Shown here: in pieces, positions 37,793 to 49,032 of the stretch
How the letters are laid out: each line of letters starts with the position of its first letter
How positions within the stretch are numbered: the stretch's first letter is position 1
DNA from: Parcubacteria group bacterium
GTDB taxonomy: Bacteria; Patescibacteriota; Minisyncoccia; Moranbacterales; UBA2206
NCBI GenBank assembly: GCA_041664225.1
Contig: JBAYLE010000004.1
Coordinates: 10,640 to 74,639 of the forward strand
DNA: 64,000 nucleotides
Direction of reading: 5' to 3'
Position numbers and translations under genes: made by a program
The notes under the pieces: model-generated
Databases searched by the model: none
Seen by the model: the letters and a program-made list of their open reading frames with translations, nothing else
What the model was told of the DNA's origin: nothing

Positions 37793-38293
37793 ATGGCAAT
37801 TTCCCAGAAAATAATCAAATATTTGGAAGATAACAAATATAAATACGAGATTATCGAACATAAGACGACTTTCACGGCTTGGGACACGGCGCAAACGGAA
37901 AAAATCAAACCGCAAGAAGTAGTGAAGGCCTTGGTAATGAAAGTCGACAATGATTACGTCTTGGCGCTGATCCCAGCCAATCGTAATTTAGATAAGCAAA
38001 AATTGTTGAAAACTATCAATGCCAGTAGAAAAAGGGCGGGTATGAAAAATTTCAAAAAAATAGATTTTGCCAAAGAAGTCTGGATGAAGAAAAATTTGCA
38101 GGGTAAGGTGGGCGCGGTGCCGCCCTTCAACAAACTTTTGAAGATAGGTATTTTTATAGACAGCTTGTTGACCAAAAATAAAAAGATTTATTTAGGTTCG
38201 GGCGAATACGTTTTTTCTATCAGGGTTAATGCCAGCCAGTATTTGAAGATTGAGCAACCGATAAAAGGAGTTTTTAGTAAGAAAAAAAGCTAG
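37793..38293 (+). CDS. YbaK/EbsC aminoacyl-tRNA deacylase family
   Basis: VVKALV, GAVPPF. Confidence 0.85.
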   Translation: MAISQKIIKYLEDNKYKYEIIEHKTTFTAWDTAQTEKIKPQEVVKALVMKVDNDYVLALIPANRNLDKQKLLKTINASRKRAGMKNFKKIDFAKEVWMKKNLQGKVGAVPPFNKLLKIGIFIDSLLTKNKKIYLGSGEYVFSIRVNASQYLKIEQPIKGVFSKKKS

Positions 38294-38298
38294 TCAGT

Positions 38299-39009
38299 AT
38301 GGCATATAATTTTAAACTGGAAAAATTCGAAGGGCCGCTGGATCTGCTTTTGGAGCTGATTGAAAAAGAAGAACTCGAGATAACGGAATTGAGTCTGGCG
38401 CACGTGGCCAACCAATATCTGGAGTACATAAGAAACAATGAGAATATCCAGTTGGATAATTTAGCCGAGTTTCTCTCTGTAGCTTCAAAGCTGATTTTAA
38501 TAAAGTCCAGAGCCTTGCTGCCAATCTTGGAATTTACCGAGGAAGAGGAAGAAGAAATCAAGGATTTAGCCAAGCAGCTTGAAGAATACAGAAAATTCAA
38601 GGAAGCGGCCATGGTCTTGGGTAAAATAGCGCAAATCGGCAAGATTTGCTATTCGCGCGAAGGTTTTAGCGGTGTGCGGACATTTTTTTATCCGCCGGAA
38701 AATATCAACATTTTTGATTTCAAAAAATATTTTCTATCTGTGCTCAGCGAAATTCCGGTCATTGAAAAGCTGGAAGAGGAAATAGTCAGGGAAGTGATGA
38801 CGCTGGAAGAAAAAATAAACGATTTACAAAATTTTTTGCGCCAAAGGATCGAGATGTCTTTCGCGGAAATTACTTCTGGCGCGACAGACAAGATTGATGT
38901 GATTATTTCTTTTTTGGCGATGCTGGAGATGGTGAAACAACGGATAATAGATGTTGATCAACAAGAATTATTTAGAGAAATTAAGTTGAAAGTAAAAACC
39001 GTAAACTAA
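38299..39009 (+). CDS. scpA: Segregation and condensation protein A
   Basis: FEGPLDLLL, LILIKSRALLP, FLAMLEM. Confidence 0.95.
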   Translation: MAYNFKLEKFEGPLDLLLELIEKEELEITELSLAHVANQYLEYIRNNENIQLDNLAEFLSVASKLILIKSRALLPILEFTEEEEEEIKDLAKQLEEYRKFKEAAMVLGKIAQIGKICYSREGFSGVRTFFYPPENINIFDFKKYFLSVLSEIPVIEKLEEEIVREVMTLEEKINDLQNFLRQRIEMSFAEITSGATDKIDVIISFLAMLEMVKQRIIDVDQQELFREIKLKVKTVN

Positions 39010-39014
39010 TATAA

Positions 39015-39557
39015 ATGGATTCGGATAAATTAAAATCAGAAATTGAGAGTATTTTGTTCATTAGCGGCGAACCGGTAAAGATTTCCCGCATTGCCAAAAT
39101 TACCGGCGCCAAGAAACCGGAAATAGAAAATGCCATTATGGTTCTGCAAGGAGAATATTCCGGCCAGGGCGGCTTGATAATATTAACCAAGGAGGATGAA
39201 ATCCAAATGGCGACCAACTCGGAGAATGCCGGCATTGTTGATCAGTTGATTAAGAGTGAAATCCAAGAGAATTTAAGCAGAGCGGCCCTAGAGGTGTTGT
39301 CAATCGTGGCTTATCGCGGTCCCATGACCAGAATGGAAGTAGAAGCGATTCGGGGTGTAAATTGCAGTTTTACTTTGCGTTCTCTTTTGATGCGCGGTTT
39401 GGTTGAGAGAATTGAAAACCCCAAGGATAATCGCGGATATTTATATAAGATTTCTTTTGAATTTCTGAAAAAATTAGGCATTGACAGCGTTGCCAAGTTG
39501 CCGGATTTTGAAACGCTTTCAAAAGATGAACGGATTGATAGTATTTTAGGAAACTAA
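39015..39557 (+). CDS. scpB: Segregation and condensation protein B
   Basis: LSRAALEVLSIVAY, IRGVN. Confidence 0.95.
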   Translation: MDSDKLKSEIESILFISGEPVKISRIAKITGAKKPEIENAIMVLQGEYSGQGGLIILTKEDEIQMATNSENAGIVDQLIKSEIQENLSRAALEVLSIVAYRGPMTRMEVEAIRGVNCSFTLRSLLMRGLVERIENPKDNRGYLYKISFEFLKKLGIDSVAKLPDFETLSKDERIDSILGN

Positions 39558-39560
39558 CTT

Positions 39561-40622
39561 ATGCTTAATATTTTGTTAACTCTAATATTCCCCTTCATTC
39601 CTATCTGGATGTATGGAAATTTTATGACAGTTGCTGACAGCCAGCAGTCGGGTTGTGACGCAAGCCGATTCCCGGTTTGCTTCTTGGAACCCAAAGTTTT
39701 GGGGGAAAAAGATGATGCCGCTGCTAATGAAAACCAAAACGATAATTCCGGATTCGGTAATTATAATATTTTTCCCATTGACAAAGCTCAGGCCTCCGGA
39801 CTTATGCCGATCCGTATAAACAATGTTTCAGATGTAAAGTTGTGGGCCGGATCATCGGTGGCTATTGATGCCGATAGCGGTACAATTCTGCACTATGAGG
39901 ATGGGCGCAAACGAACGCAAATTGCATCCCTCACCAAAGTGATGACAGCGGTTCTGGCTATGGAAAAAATAAAAAACTTAAACGAAGAAGTTACGATATC
40001 CAAAGAAGCGCTGAATGTCGCGGGAACGGTTGTTGGTTGTCCAACCAGCACTTATTGCGACGGCAAACGGCTGACTACCGGAGAAAAGGTAAAGGCGATG
40101 GATTTAATGAAAGTTATGTTGATGAATAGCGCTAATGACGCGGCGACAGCGCTTGGCATCCATATGGCAGGCTCAATTGACCAATTTGTGGACATGATGA
40201 ATGTTAAAGCGAAAAGCTTAGGCTTGACCGATACGCACTTCTGTACCCCCTCCGGTCTGGAGATCGATGGCCAAGAGGATCAGTGTTATTCTTCCGCTTA
40301 CGATATTGCCCGAATAGCGGCTTATTCTTTGCGTTACGATACGATTTGGAATGCAATGCGCATTCCAGAGGGCCAGTTTTATTCAACTGACGGCAAGTAT
40401 GTGCATGTATTGAAAAATACCGACCTGCTTTTGAACACATTGCCAAATTGCATCGGAGGAAAAACCGGCTTTACGCCCCTGGCGGGCAAATCATTGCTCT
40501 TGGGAGCAACCGACGCTACCGGCAAGCATAAAATAATATCCGTTGTTTTGAATGATGAAAAGCGCTGGGACGATATGAAATTTTTAGTAAATTGGATCGG
40601 TCAGAATTATAAATGGCAATAA
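39561..40622 (+). CDS. D-alanyl-D-alanine carboxypeptidase (S11)
   Basis: ASLTK, SAN, KTG motifs. Confidence 0.9.
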   Translation: MLNILLTLIFPFIPIWMYGNFMTVADSQQSGCDASRFPVCFLEPKVLGEKDDAAANENQNDNSGFGNYNIFPIDKAQASGLMPIRINNVSDVKLWAGSSVAIDADSGTILHYEDGRKRTQIASLTKVMTAVLAMEKIKNLNEEVTISKEALNVAGTVVGCPTSTYCDGKRLTTGEKVKAMDLMKVMLMNSANDAATALGIHMAGSIDQFVDMMNVKAKSLGLTDTHFCTPSGLEIDGQEDQCYSSAYDIARIAAYSLRYDTIWNAMRIPEGQFYSTDGKYVHVLKNTDLLLNTLPNCIGGKTGFTPLAGKSLLLGATDATGKHKIISVVLNDEKRWDDMKFLVNWIGQNYKWQ

Positions 40623-40623
40623 T

Positions 40624-41724
40624 ATGCAATTAGCTCAAATACAAACCATTCCTCTCGTTATCTGTGTGCTAAAAATTCTAACAGTTGGTTTGTCGGCCTT
40701 TGTTTTAGCTTTTGCTATCACGCCGATTATGACTCATTTTCTGTACAAATATAAAATTGGCGTCAAAATAAAAGACAAGTCTGTTGATGGCAAAGAGCTG
40801 ACTTTTGTGAATAAGCTTCACGAATACAAAAATGGAACGCCAACGATGGGCGGGATTTTGATTTGGGTCTCTGTCGGAATTTTAATTTTGCTTTCACACT
40901 ATGTTTTTCCGTATCTGGCGGCATGGACGCATCATAATTTTTTCGCCAGGCTGGACTTTTTCAGCCGCAAAGAGACTTGGCTTCCGCTTTTTACGTTGGT
41001 TACCGCGGGAATATTGGGACTCTGTGATGACTGGATGAGCATAAAAGGCATTGGAAAAAATAAAGGCGGAGGCATGCGGTTTGCCAAGCGTTTTGGGTGG
41101 CTGATCTTAATCGCGGCGGCTGGTGCTTGGTGGTTTTATTACAAGTTGGGCTGGGATGTCATCCATGTTCCGGCTGTTGGAAACTTTAGCATCGGCTGGT
41201 GGTATATTCCGCTTTTTATCTTTGTTATTCTTTTTTCAGCTATTTCCTCAAATGAAACTGATGGTCTGGACGGATTGAATGGCGGAGTGCTGCTGATCGC
41301 TTTCAGTTCGTTTGCGATTATTTCTTTTGCTCATAATAAATTGGATTTGGCTGCATTTTGCGCGGCGATTGCCGGCGCGCTACTGGCCTTTTTATGGTTT
41401 AATGTTTATCCGGCCCGATTTATTATGGGTGATACCGGCGCGGTGTCCTTGGGAATAACACTGGGGGTAGTAGCGATGCTCAATAATGCTGCGATTGTCT
41501 TGTTCATCATTGTTTTTATTTATGTTTTAGAATCTTTGAGTGTTGCGATCCAACTGACGAGCAAAAAATTCTTCAAACGCAAAGTTTTTCTGGCAGCGCC
41601 AATCCATCATCATTTTGAGGCCAAGGGCTGGCCGGAAACCAAGGTGACGATGCGCTTTTGGATCATTACTGCCCTCACTGCTTTTTTTGGTGTGGTAATC
41701 GCGTTGTTTGGGATGGGGAAATAG
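40624..41724 (+). CDS. mraY: Phospho-N-acetylmuramoyl-pentapeptide transferase
   Basis: GTPTMGG, DGLDGL, MGDTG, APIHHHFE. Confidence 0.95.
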   Translation: MQLAQIQTIPLVICVLKILTVGLSAFVLAFAITPIMTHFLYKYKIGVKIKDKSVDGKELTFVNKLHEYKNGTPTMGGILIWVSVGILILLSHYVFPYLAAWTHHNFFARLDFFSRKETWLPLFTLVTAGILGLCDDWMSIKGIGKNKGGGMRFAKRFGWLILIAAAGAWWFYYKLGWDVIHVPAVGNFSIGWWYIPLFIFVILFSAISSNETDGLDGLNGGVLLIAFSSFAIISFAHNKLDLAAFCAAIAGALLAFLWFNVYPARFIMGDTGAVSLGITLGVVAMLNNAAIVLFIIVFIYVLESLSVAIQLTSKKFFKRKVFLAAPIHHHFEAKGWPETKVTMRFWIITALTAFFGVVIALFGMGK

Positions 41725-41785
41725 TTTAAAATTTCTAATTTCTAAACAAATCCCAATTTCTTAATGACTAATTTCCAAAATAATT

Positions 41786-42820
41786 ATGCGTAAAATTCAA
41801 GACGCCGATGTGAAAAATAAAAAAGTTTTAGTGCGGGCTGATTTTAATGTGACGGTGGAAAATGGAAAATCTAAAGAAACCTTCAAAATTGCGGCATGCA
41901 AAGAGTCAATCAAATATTTGTTGGGAAAAGGCGCGAAAGTGGCTTTAATTTCGCACTTGGGCCGTCCCGACGGAAAAATTAATCCGGAATTTTCGCTCGG
42001 GCAAATTAAAAATGAAATCGAAGCAATCCTGGAGGTTAAAATTAAATTTATAGATGATTGCGTCGGAGAAAAAGTGGGAGTCGGTCTCGATAGCCTGCTG
42101 GGGGGTGAAGCAGCGCTTTTAGAAAACGTCAGATTTTATCCTGGCGAAGAAGCCAATGACAATCAATTTTCGAAAAGCCTGGCTTATAATTTTGATATTT
42201 TCATAAACGATGCTTTTAGCGTAAGCCATCGCGATCAGGCTTCAGTCACGGGCGTGACCAAATTTTTACCGAGCTATGCCGGTTTTTGGCTACAAAAAGA
42301 AATTGAAAATTTGGACAAGGCGAAAAATAATCCGGAACATCCAGCAGTGGCGATTATTGGCGGGGCCAAGATTGAAACGAAGCTGCCTGTAATCGGTAAG
42401 CTTGAAGAAAATTATGACTTTGTCCTAGTTGGCGGAAAAATTGCCAATGAAGCCAAGGATCAAGATATGAGCTTTTCAGAAAAAGTAATTCTGCCGATTG
42501 ATTATGCTGGGGACCGGCTGGATATTGGTCCGGAAACTATCAAAAAATTCAAGGAAATAATCGCTTTCGCCAAAACAATTGTCTGGAATGGCCCACTGGG
42601 GAAATTTGAAGAAAAGCCATATGACACCGGAACCAATGAGGTTCTCAAAGCTGTTATGGAAAGCGGGGCTTTTGTGCTGATGGGCGGGGGAGAATCAGTG
42701 GAAATTCTGGAAGAACAAGACGCAATGGAAAAAATTTCCTTTGTTTCAACTGGCGGAGGTGCCATGCTTGAATACATGAGCGGAAAAGAATTGCCGGGGA
42801 TTAAGGCTTTGGAAGCGTAA
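41786..42820 (+). CDS. pgk: Phosphoglycerate kinase
   Basis: RADFNV, SHLGRP, LLENVRF, STGGGA. Confidence 0.95.
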   Translation: MRKIQDADVKNKKVLVRADFNVTVENGKSKETFKIAACKESIKYLLGKGAKVALISHLGRPDGKINPEFSLGQIKNEIEAILEVKIKFIDDCVGEKVGVGLDSLLGGEAALLENVRFYPGEEANDNQFSKSLAYNFDIFINDAFSVSHRDQASVTGVTKFLPSYAGFWLQKEIENLDKAKNNPEHPAVAIIGGAKIETKLPVIGKLEENYDFVLVGGKIANEAKDQDMSFSEKVILPIDYAGDRLDIGPETIKKFKEIIAFAKTIVWNGPLGKFEEKPYDTGTNEVLKAVMESGAFVLMGGGESVEILEEQDAMEKISFVSTGGGAMLEYMSGKELPGIKALEA

Positions 42821-42952
42821 TATATTTTGTGAATAATGGTAAAAATGGGGATAGTCCCCCTGTTTTTTGTTTCAAACAAGCTATGATATAATATAATCAT
42901 AAAACACGAAGCCTGCCGACAGGCAGGCATATAACATGTAACAAATTTTATT

Positions 42953-44209
42953 ATGTCGAAGATCAAAAAGATTTATGCCAGGGAAATTTTGGATTCAAGG
43001 GGAAATCCGACGGTGGAAGTTGAGGTCGAGTTGGAGTCAGGAATAAAAGCGACAGCGGCGGTGCCAAGTGGAGCGTCAACCGGAACCTATGAAGATTTGG
43101 AATTGCGGGATAATGACTCCAAAAGATATGGTGGATTGGGAGTTTTGACGGCGGTGAATAATGTGAACACAATACTTCGGGAGGCCGTGGTTGGGATGGA
43201 GGCCAGTGAACAAGAAAAAATTGATCGAAAAATGATTGAAGTTGATGGCACGAACAATGAATCAAATCTAGGAGCCAATGCTATCCTGGGTATTTCTTTA
43301 GCCGTTTGTCGGGCTGCGTCAATGGAAGCAGGACTGCCGCTTTATGAATATATAAACAAGACCTTCAATCTAAAGAATAAGAAATTCAAAATTCCGGTGC
43401 CGATGTTTAATGTTTTGAATGGCGGTATGCACAGTGATTCAGGCTTGAGCATTCAGGAATTTAAAATTATTCCCAAAGGCATAAAAACATTTAAGGAACA
43501 ATTGCGGGCAGGAAGCGAAACTTTTCATGCGCTCAAAAAAATACTATCTTCACAAAAACAGACTGTGGGTGTTGGAGATGAGGGCGGCTTTGCGCCACAC
43601 CTAGAAAGCAACGTAAGTGCTTTGGAAATAATAAGCAAGGCAATTGAGGCTGCTGGATACAAAAGAGGAAAAGATATTTTTATAGGTGTAGATGCAGCCG
43701 CCAACTCATTTTTTGATGAAAAAGAATCAAAGTATATATTTAAACCGGAGAATGCGATGTTAAGCAGGGAAATGCTTATCAATATCTATGCGGAATGGGT
43801 TCAAAAGTATGATGTAATTTCCGTGGAAGATGGGCTCAATGAAAATGATTGGGAAGGCTGGCACATGCTGGAAGAAAAATTAGGTGGAGAAACGATAATT
43901 ATTGGGGATGATTTGCTAGTCACAAAAGTTGAGCGACTAAAAGAAGCGCTTAAGGAAAAAGCTTGCAATGCTGTCTTGATAAAAGTCAATCAAGCGGGAA
44001 CACTTTGGGAAACTATTGAAACAATAAAATTAGCTCAGAAAAACAAGATGAAAGTGGTCGTTTCGCACCGCTCTGGGGAAACCGCGGATGATTTCATTGC
44101 CGACTTGGCCGTCGGCGCCAATGCCGATTTCATCAAATCCGGCTCGCTTTCTAGAGGGGAAAGAATTTGTAAATATAATCGATTGTTGAGAATTGAGGAA
44201 GAAATATAG
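42953..44209 (+). CDS. eno: Enolase
   Basis: DSRGNPTVE, VPSGASTG, GDEGG, SHRSGET. Confidence 0.97.
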   Translation: MSKIKKIYAREILDSRGNPTVEVEVELESGIKATAAVPSGASTGTYEDLELRDNDSKRYGGLGVLTAVNNVNTILREAVVGMEASEQEKIDRKMIEVDGTNNESNLGANAILGISLAVCRAASMEAGLPLYEYINKTFNLKNKKFKIPVPMFNVLNGGMHSDSGLSIQEFKIIPKGIKTFKEQLRAGSETFHALKKILSSQKQTVGVGDEGGFAPHLESNVSALEIISKAIEAAGYKRGKDIFIGVDAAANSFFDEKESKYIFKPENAMLSREMLINIYAEWVQKYDVISVEDGLNENDWEGWHMLEEKLGGETIIIGDDLLVTKVERLKEALKEKACNAVLIKVNQAGTLWETIETIKLAQKNKMKVVVSHRSGETADDFIADLAVGANADFIKSGSLSRGERICKYNRLLRIEEEI

Positions 44210-44212
44210 AGG

Positions 44213-44322
44213 CAATTTCTAATTTTCAATTTCTAATTTCTGAACAATTTCCAATGAATTAATTTCTAAATTTTGGAATTAAAAAATTGGTTTGAAAATT
44301 TAAAATTGAAAATTGAAAATTT
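44213..44322. repeat. Imperfect inverted array of AATTTTC/GAAAATT heptamers
   Basis: caatttctaattttcaatttctaat...ttgaaaatttaaaattgaaaattgaaaatt; related half-copies at about 28650 and 41729. Confidence 0.7.
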
Positions 44323-44360
44323 GGAGAATAATATAATTTCAGAAAATTTTTTATCATAGC

Positions 44361-45917
44361 ATGACTAATAAAAAATCACCTACGCTATTGGTAATCCTCG
44401 ATGGCTATGGCATTGCGCCTCCTGGGAAAGGCAATGCGGTAACGCTTGCCAAAAAGCCGACACTGGACCGGCTGTTTGAGATTTATCCATCGACGACTTT
44501 AGGCGCGACCGGAACTTCAGTGGGGCTCCCTGACCACAAAATGAGCGGATCGGAATCCGGGCACATGAATATTGGCGCCGGCCGAATTGTGCCACAGGAT
44601 TCTAAATATATAACAGACAGCATCAAGGACGGCAGTTTTTTTATGAATCCGGCGCTTATGGGCGCGGTGGAGCACTTGAAAAAAGGTGGTGGAGTATTGC
44701 ATGTTATGGGTCTCATGGGAAATTCTGATAGTCCGCATAGTGATCCGGAGCATTTTCGCGCGGTTCTAAAACTAGCCAAAATAAATAATGTCAAAGAAGT
44801 TTATTGCCATCTGTTTACTGACGGCCGTGACTCATATCCCAAGAGCGCGCTAGAACATCTCAAATATTTCCGTAAAATTATAGCTGAAGAGGGGATTGGA
44901 AAAATTGCGACGCTTTCCGGCCGCTTTTACGCCATGGATCGCGCTAAAAACTGGAAAAGGCTGACGCTAGCCTATGATGCGATGGTGTTCGGACGAGGCG
45001 AAAAGGCGAATTCAGCTGAAGAGGCGATTGAAAAAGCCTACAAAAATAACCTGACTGATGAATATCTTTTGCCAACAGTCATTCTGGAGCAAGGCGAGCC
45101 AGTTTCAGAAATTAAAAATGATGATGCGATCATATTTTATAATTTCCGCTCTGACCGAGCTCGCCAATTTAGCAAGCTATTCATCGCGATTGATGAAAAA
45201 AGCATCCTGAGCGATGATATGCCGGTTATTGATAAGATAAAAAATTTATATTTCGTGACGTTAACTGAATTTGGCCCGGGACTGGATGAGCACACGGCTT
45301 TTCCGGGGCATACCCTGAGCGCGACTCTTCCAATGGCGGCTGGAAAATTAAAACAGCTATATATTGCTGAGTCGGAAAAATTCGCACATGTGACATATTT
45401 TTTGAACGGTGGTTATGCGGATCCGGTGGACGGAGAGGAAAGAGTAATGATTAAATCTCCAGTTGTCGATTCTTATGCCAAGAAGCCGGGAATGTCTGCT
45501 GATTTGATCACAAAATATGTGGTTGATAAAATAAAAAGCAATGCTTATGACTTTGTGGCCATCAATTATGCCAATGCGGACATGGTCGGGCATACGGGTG
45601 ATCTCACGGCGGCCATCAAATCCGTAGAATGTCTGGATAAGCAAGTTGAAATTTTGGAAAAAATTGTTTTGGAGAAAGGCGGAAATTTGATTATCACGGC
45701 CGATCATGGCAATGCCGATGATATGGTTGACTTTGAGTCCGATCAGCCCAACACGTATCATACTAAAAATCCGGTGCCGTTTCTTTTGGTTAGCGAAAAA
45801 TATAAAAATGCCAAATTGCGCGATGGCGGAGTTTTGGGGAACATCGCGCCCACTATTCTGGATATTTTGGAAATAGAAAAACCAAAAGCGATGAAAAAGA
45901 ATTCCTTGTTAAATTAA
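44361..45917 (+). CDS. gpmI: 2,3-bisphosphoglycerate-independent phosphoglycerate mutase
   Basis: ILDGYG, DGRD, GRFYAMDR, DMVGHTG, TADHGNAD. Confidence 0.95.
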   Translation: MTNKKSPTLLVILDGYGIAPPGKGNAVTLAKKPTLDRLFEIYPSTTLGATGTSVGLPDHKMSGSESGHMNIGAGRIVPQDSKYITDSIKDGSFFMNPALMGAVEHLKKGGGVLHVMGLMGNSDSPHSDPEHFRAVLKLAKINNVKEVYCHLFTDGRDSYPKSALEHLKYFRKIIAEEGIGKIATLSGRFYAMDRAKNWKRLTLAYDAMVFGRGEKANSAEEAIEKAYKNNLTDEYLLPTVILEQGEPVSEIKNDDAIIFYNFRSDRARQFSKLFIAIDEKSILSDDMPVIDKIKNLYFVTLTEFGPGLDEHTAFPGHTLSATLPMAAGKLKQLYIAESEKFAHVTYFLNGGYADPVDGEERVMIKSPVVDSYAKKPGMSADLITKYVVDKIKSNAYDFVAINYANADMVGHTGDLTAAIKSVECLDKQVEILEKIVLEKGGNLIITADHGNADDMVDFESDQPNTYHTKNPVPFLLVSEKYKNAKLRDGGVLGNIAPTILDILEIEKPKAMKKNSLLN

Positions 45918-45987
45918 CGCGCTTTTTGTAATTTTGTAAAAAATTAAATATTTATAGAATAATAATTTAATTAAAAAACTCAAATTT

Positions 45988-46959
45988 ATGGAAAATATTA
46001 AAGTGGTTTGTATTGGGTCATCTTGCAAAGATATTTTTTTCCCAACTAAAGAAGGAATAGTCATAAAAACACCTGAAGATGTGACCTCACAGAAAAAAAT
46101 TGCGTTTGAAGTAGGAGAAAAATATCATATCAATGACCGCTTCGAATCATTGGGAGGCTGCGGAGTCAATCAGTCGATTGGTCTTACGCGTTTGGGTGTG
46201 CCGGCGGCATGCTATACGGTTTTAGGAAACGATGTGATTGGCGAATGGATGCGCCAGGAAATTCAAAAGGAAGGTGTTGATGACAGCTTGATTGTGAATG
46301 AAAATTGTTTCACCGGGCTGTCTGCTATTATTGTGAATGAAATAAGCGGAGAAAGGGTGATTTTTTCAAATCAGGAAGCTATGGAACGGATGAAAATAGA
46401 TGTGGCAAAATTGGAATCAGCTGACTGGATTTCAGTGAGCGATTTGAGTGGTGATTGGAAAGCTATAATGGACAATATCTTAACAATGGATTTCAAGACT
46501 GGCGCTCGAATCGTTTTTAATCCACGCGGTCGGAATATTCAAGAGGATGCCCAGAAAGTTTTTGATTTAGCGAAAGAAGTGGAGATATTTTTCGTAAACA
46601 AAGATGAAGCAATTGAAATTCTGGCAGCGCGAAAAGCGGATCAGGGAAAATTGAATGACGAAGAATTTTTGCTGAAAGAATTGAAAAAATCTGGCGCAAG
46701 GGTTGTGGTGATTACGGATGGCGGAAGAGGTGCGTGGGCGTGTGACGGAAATGAAATTGTGCACGAAGAAGCATTGCTCATCAAAACAATGGACACGACT
46801 GGTGCTGGCGATGCTTTTGCCAGCGGATTTTTGGCGGCACATATCAAGGGCAAATTTTTGCGAGAATGCGTGAAATGGGGCATCAAAAATGGTGCTAGCG
46901 TGGCTCAGCATTATGGGGGCGTAGAAGGATTACTGAAAGCAGACGAGATTGAAAAATAA
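45988..46959 (+). CDS. PfkB family carbohydrate kinase
   Basis: GGCGVN, DTTGAGDAF. Confidence 0.9.
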   Translation: MENIKVVCIGSSCKDIFFPTKEGIVIKTPEDVTSQKKIAFEVGEKYHINDRFESLGGCGVNQSIGLTRLGVPAACYTVLGNDVIGEWMRQEIQKEGVDDSLIVNENCFTGLSAIIVNEISGERVIFSNQEAMERMKIDVAKLESADWISVSDLSGDWKAIMDNILTMDFKTGARIVFNPRGRNIQEDAQKVFDLAKEVEIFFVNKDEAIEILAARKADQGKLNDEEFLLKELKKSGARVVVITDGGRGAWACDGNEIVHEEALLIKTMDTTGAGDAFASGFLAAHIKGKFLRECVKWGIKNGASVAQHYGGVEGLLKADEIEK

Positions 46960-46974
46960 TATTAATTTTATTTT

Positions 46975-49014
46975 ATGGAATTAAATAATTTGTTCAATCC
47001 ATCTTCGATCGCCATTGTCGGCGCGTCAGAAGAAGAAGGTAAGGTTGGCAATGTGATTGCCAAAAATATTTTGAATCTTGGCTACCGGGGCGAAGTTTTT
47101 TTGGTGAATCCAAAACACGAAGAGTTGCTCGGCCGAAAATGCTATAAGAATTTGAATGATATTGAAAGCCGGGTTGATTTGGCGATCATGGTCATTCCGG
47201 CGAAGCTTGTAAATGAAGTGATAAAAACCAGCGCGGATAAAACAAAAAATTATGTGGTTGTTTCAGCCGGTTTTGGAGAAATAAACGAAGACGGCAAAGC
47301 GCGGGAAAAAGAATTAAATCAGATTGCTGCAGACAATAGTCTGAATATTTTGGGGCCGAACTGCCTTGGTTTCATTATTCCCCAATTGCGGCTCAATGCT
47401 TCTTTTGCCGGTGGGATGCCAGAGGTTGGTAATATTTCCCTTGTTTCACAGTCCGGCGCTTTGGCAGTGGCAATTATGGATGTGGCTAAAAAAGAAGGGC
47501 TTCGATTTTCAAGTATTATTTCAGTAGGCAACAAGATGCAGCTTGGAGAATCAGAACTTTTAGAATATCTGGACAATGATACCGGCACAAAAGTAATCGG
47601 CATGTATTTAGAAGGCATCAAGGATGGGCGGAAATTTATCGAGGTCGCGCAGAAAATAAAAAAGCCCATTGTGATTTTAAAGGCCGGGAAGACTGAAAAA
47701 GCTCAGAAGGCTATCTCGTCCCATACCGGGGTCTTGGCGGGCAGCGATGAAATTATGACCGCAGTTTTTGAAAAAACCGGGGTTATTCGCGCGGAGAACA
47801 TGGACGAATTTTTAGGGCTCTTGAAATTAATTTCAAGCTCAAATGCTCCGCTGAATGGGAAAGTGGTTATTGTGACCAACGCTGGAGGGCTGGGAGTGCT
47901 GGCAACGGACGCATTTAAGAATAAAAACATAAAAATGGCTGAGATTGGAGAGAAAACGCAGGCGGAGTTGCAAAAGTTTTTGCCGGAAGAATCATCAGTG
48001 GCAAACCCCGTCGATGTATTGGGTGACGCGGATGAAAAAAGATACGGCAAAACCTTAGAGATATTGAAAAAAGAGCCAGCAGGAACAGTTCTTTGTTTGC
48101 TGACGCCTCAAGACCAAACTCCAGTCGGAAAAATTGCCGGAAAAATTATTAAATTCAAAGAAAAATACGAAGAAAATATCATTACTGTTTTCATGGGCGG
48201 AGAAAGAGTTACAAAAGCAGTAATCAAGCTGAGAGAAAATAATATCCCCAACTTTTTTCTGGCGGACCAAGCCGTTGCCGCACTGGATAAATATTTTGGA
48301 TGGCAGAGAAATAAATCAGAAGAGCGCCTGTCCAATTGGGAAAATCATCCGGAACGGCAACAAAAAGCATCGGAAATAATCCAAAAAGCAAAGTCAGAAA
48401 ATCGCGGAGCTTTGTCATTTTCAGAAGCGAAAGAAATCATGGAAATGTATGGGGTGAAGGTTGCGGATTTTTGGAAAGAAGCTCAGATTAATGATGCCGT
48501 TTTTCCGGTGGCAGTCAAGGTCGATAGCGATAAGGTTTTGCACAAGACTGAGAAACAAGGCTTGATTCTTAATATAAAAAATCAAGAGGAATTGCGAAGT
48601 GCGATTGAAAAAATTAAAAGCAACTTTCCGGGAGAAAATTTTATCATCCAGCCGATGCAAAAAATACAAACAGAACTGATAATCGGGGTGAAATATGATG
48701 GAATTTTCGGGCCAATAATCGTTTTCGGCTTGGGCGGAATCTATACGGAAGTTTTTAAAATGGTGGATTTTCTGGTGCCGCCGGCAAATCAGGAGGAAAT
48801 CAAAAACAAAGTTTTGGAAAGCAAGCTAAAATTTTTGTTTCAGGAAACCCGCGGCCAAATGCCATATAGCGCCGGCGAACTGACGGACATCTTATGGGGA
48901 ATCGGCTTCTTGACACAGGAATTGCCGCAAATCAGGGAACTCGATATAAATCCGCTTTTGGTTTATAATGATGGGAAAGAAAGTGTCGCGGTGGATATTA
49001 AAATTTTAATATAA
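46975..49014 (+). CDS. Acetate--CoA ligase (ADP-forming), alpha/beta fusion
   Basis: IAIVGAS, GPNCLG, SQSGA, SSHTG, NAGG, HKTE, LDINP. Confidence 0.9.
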   Translation: MELNNLFNPSSIAIVGASEEEGKVGNVIAKNILNLGYRGEVFLVNPKHEELLGRKCYKNLNDIESRVDLAIMVIPAKLVNEVIKTSADKTKNYVVVSAGFGEINEDGKAREKELNQIAADNSLNILGPNCLGFIIPQLRLNASFAGGMPEVGNISLVSQSGALAVAIMDVAKKEGLRFSSIISVGNKMQLGESELLEYLDNDTGTKVIGMYLEGIKDGRKFIEVAQKIKKPIVILKAGKTEKAQKAISSHTGVLAGSDEIMTAVFEKTGVIRAENMDEFLGLLKLISSSNAPLNGKVVIVTNAGGLGVLATDAFKNKNIKMAEIGEKTQAELQKFLPEESSVANPVDVLGDADEKRYGKTLEILKKEPAGTVLCLLTPQDQTPVGKIAGKIIKFKEKYEENIITVFMGGERVTKAVIKLRENNIPNFFLADQAVAALDKYFGWQRNKSEERLSNWENHPERQQKASEIIQKAKSENRGALSFSEAKEIMEMYGVKVADFWKEAQINDAVFPVAVKVDSDKVLHKTEKQGLILNIKNQEELRSAIEKIKSNFPGENFIIQPMQKIQTELIIGVKYDGIFGPIIVFGLGGIYTEVFKMVDFLVPPANQEEIKNKVLESKLKFLFQETRGQMPYSAGELTDILWGIGFLTQELPQIRELDINPLLVYNDGKESVAVDIKILI

Positions 49015-49032
49015 TTCATTCAAAATAAATTT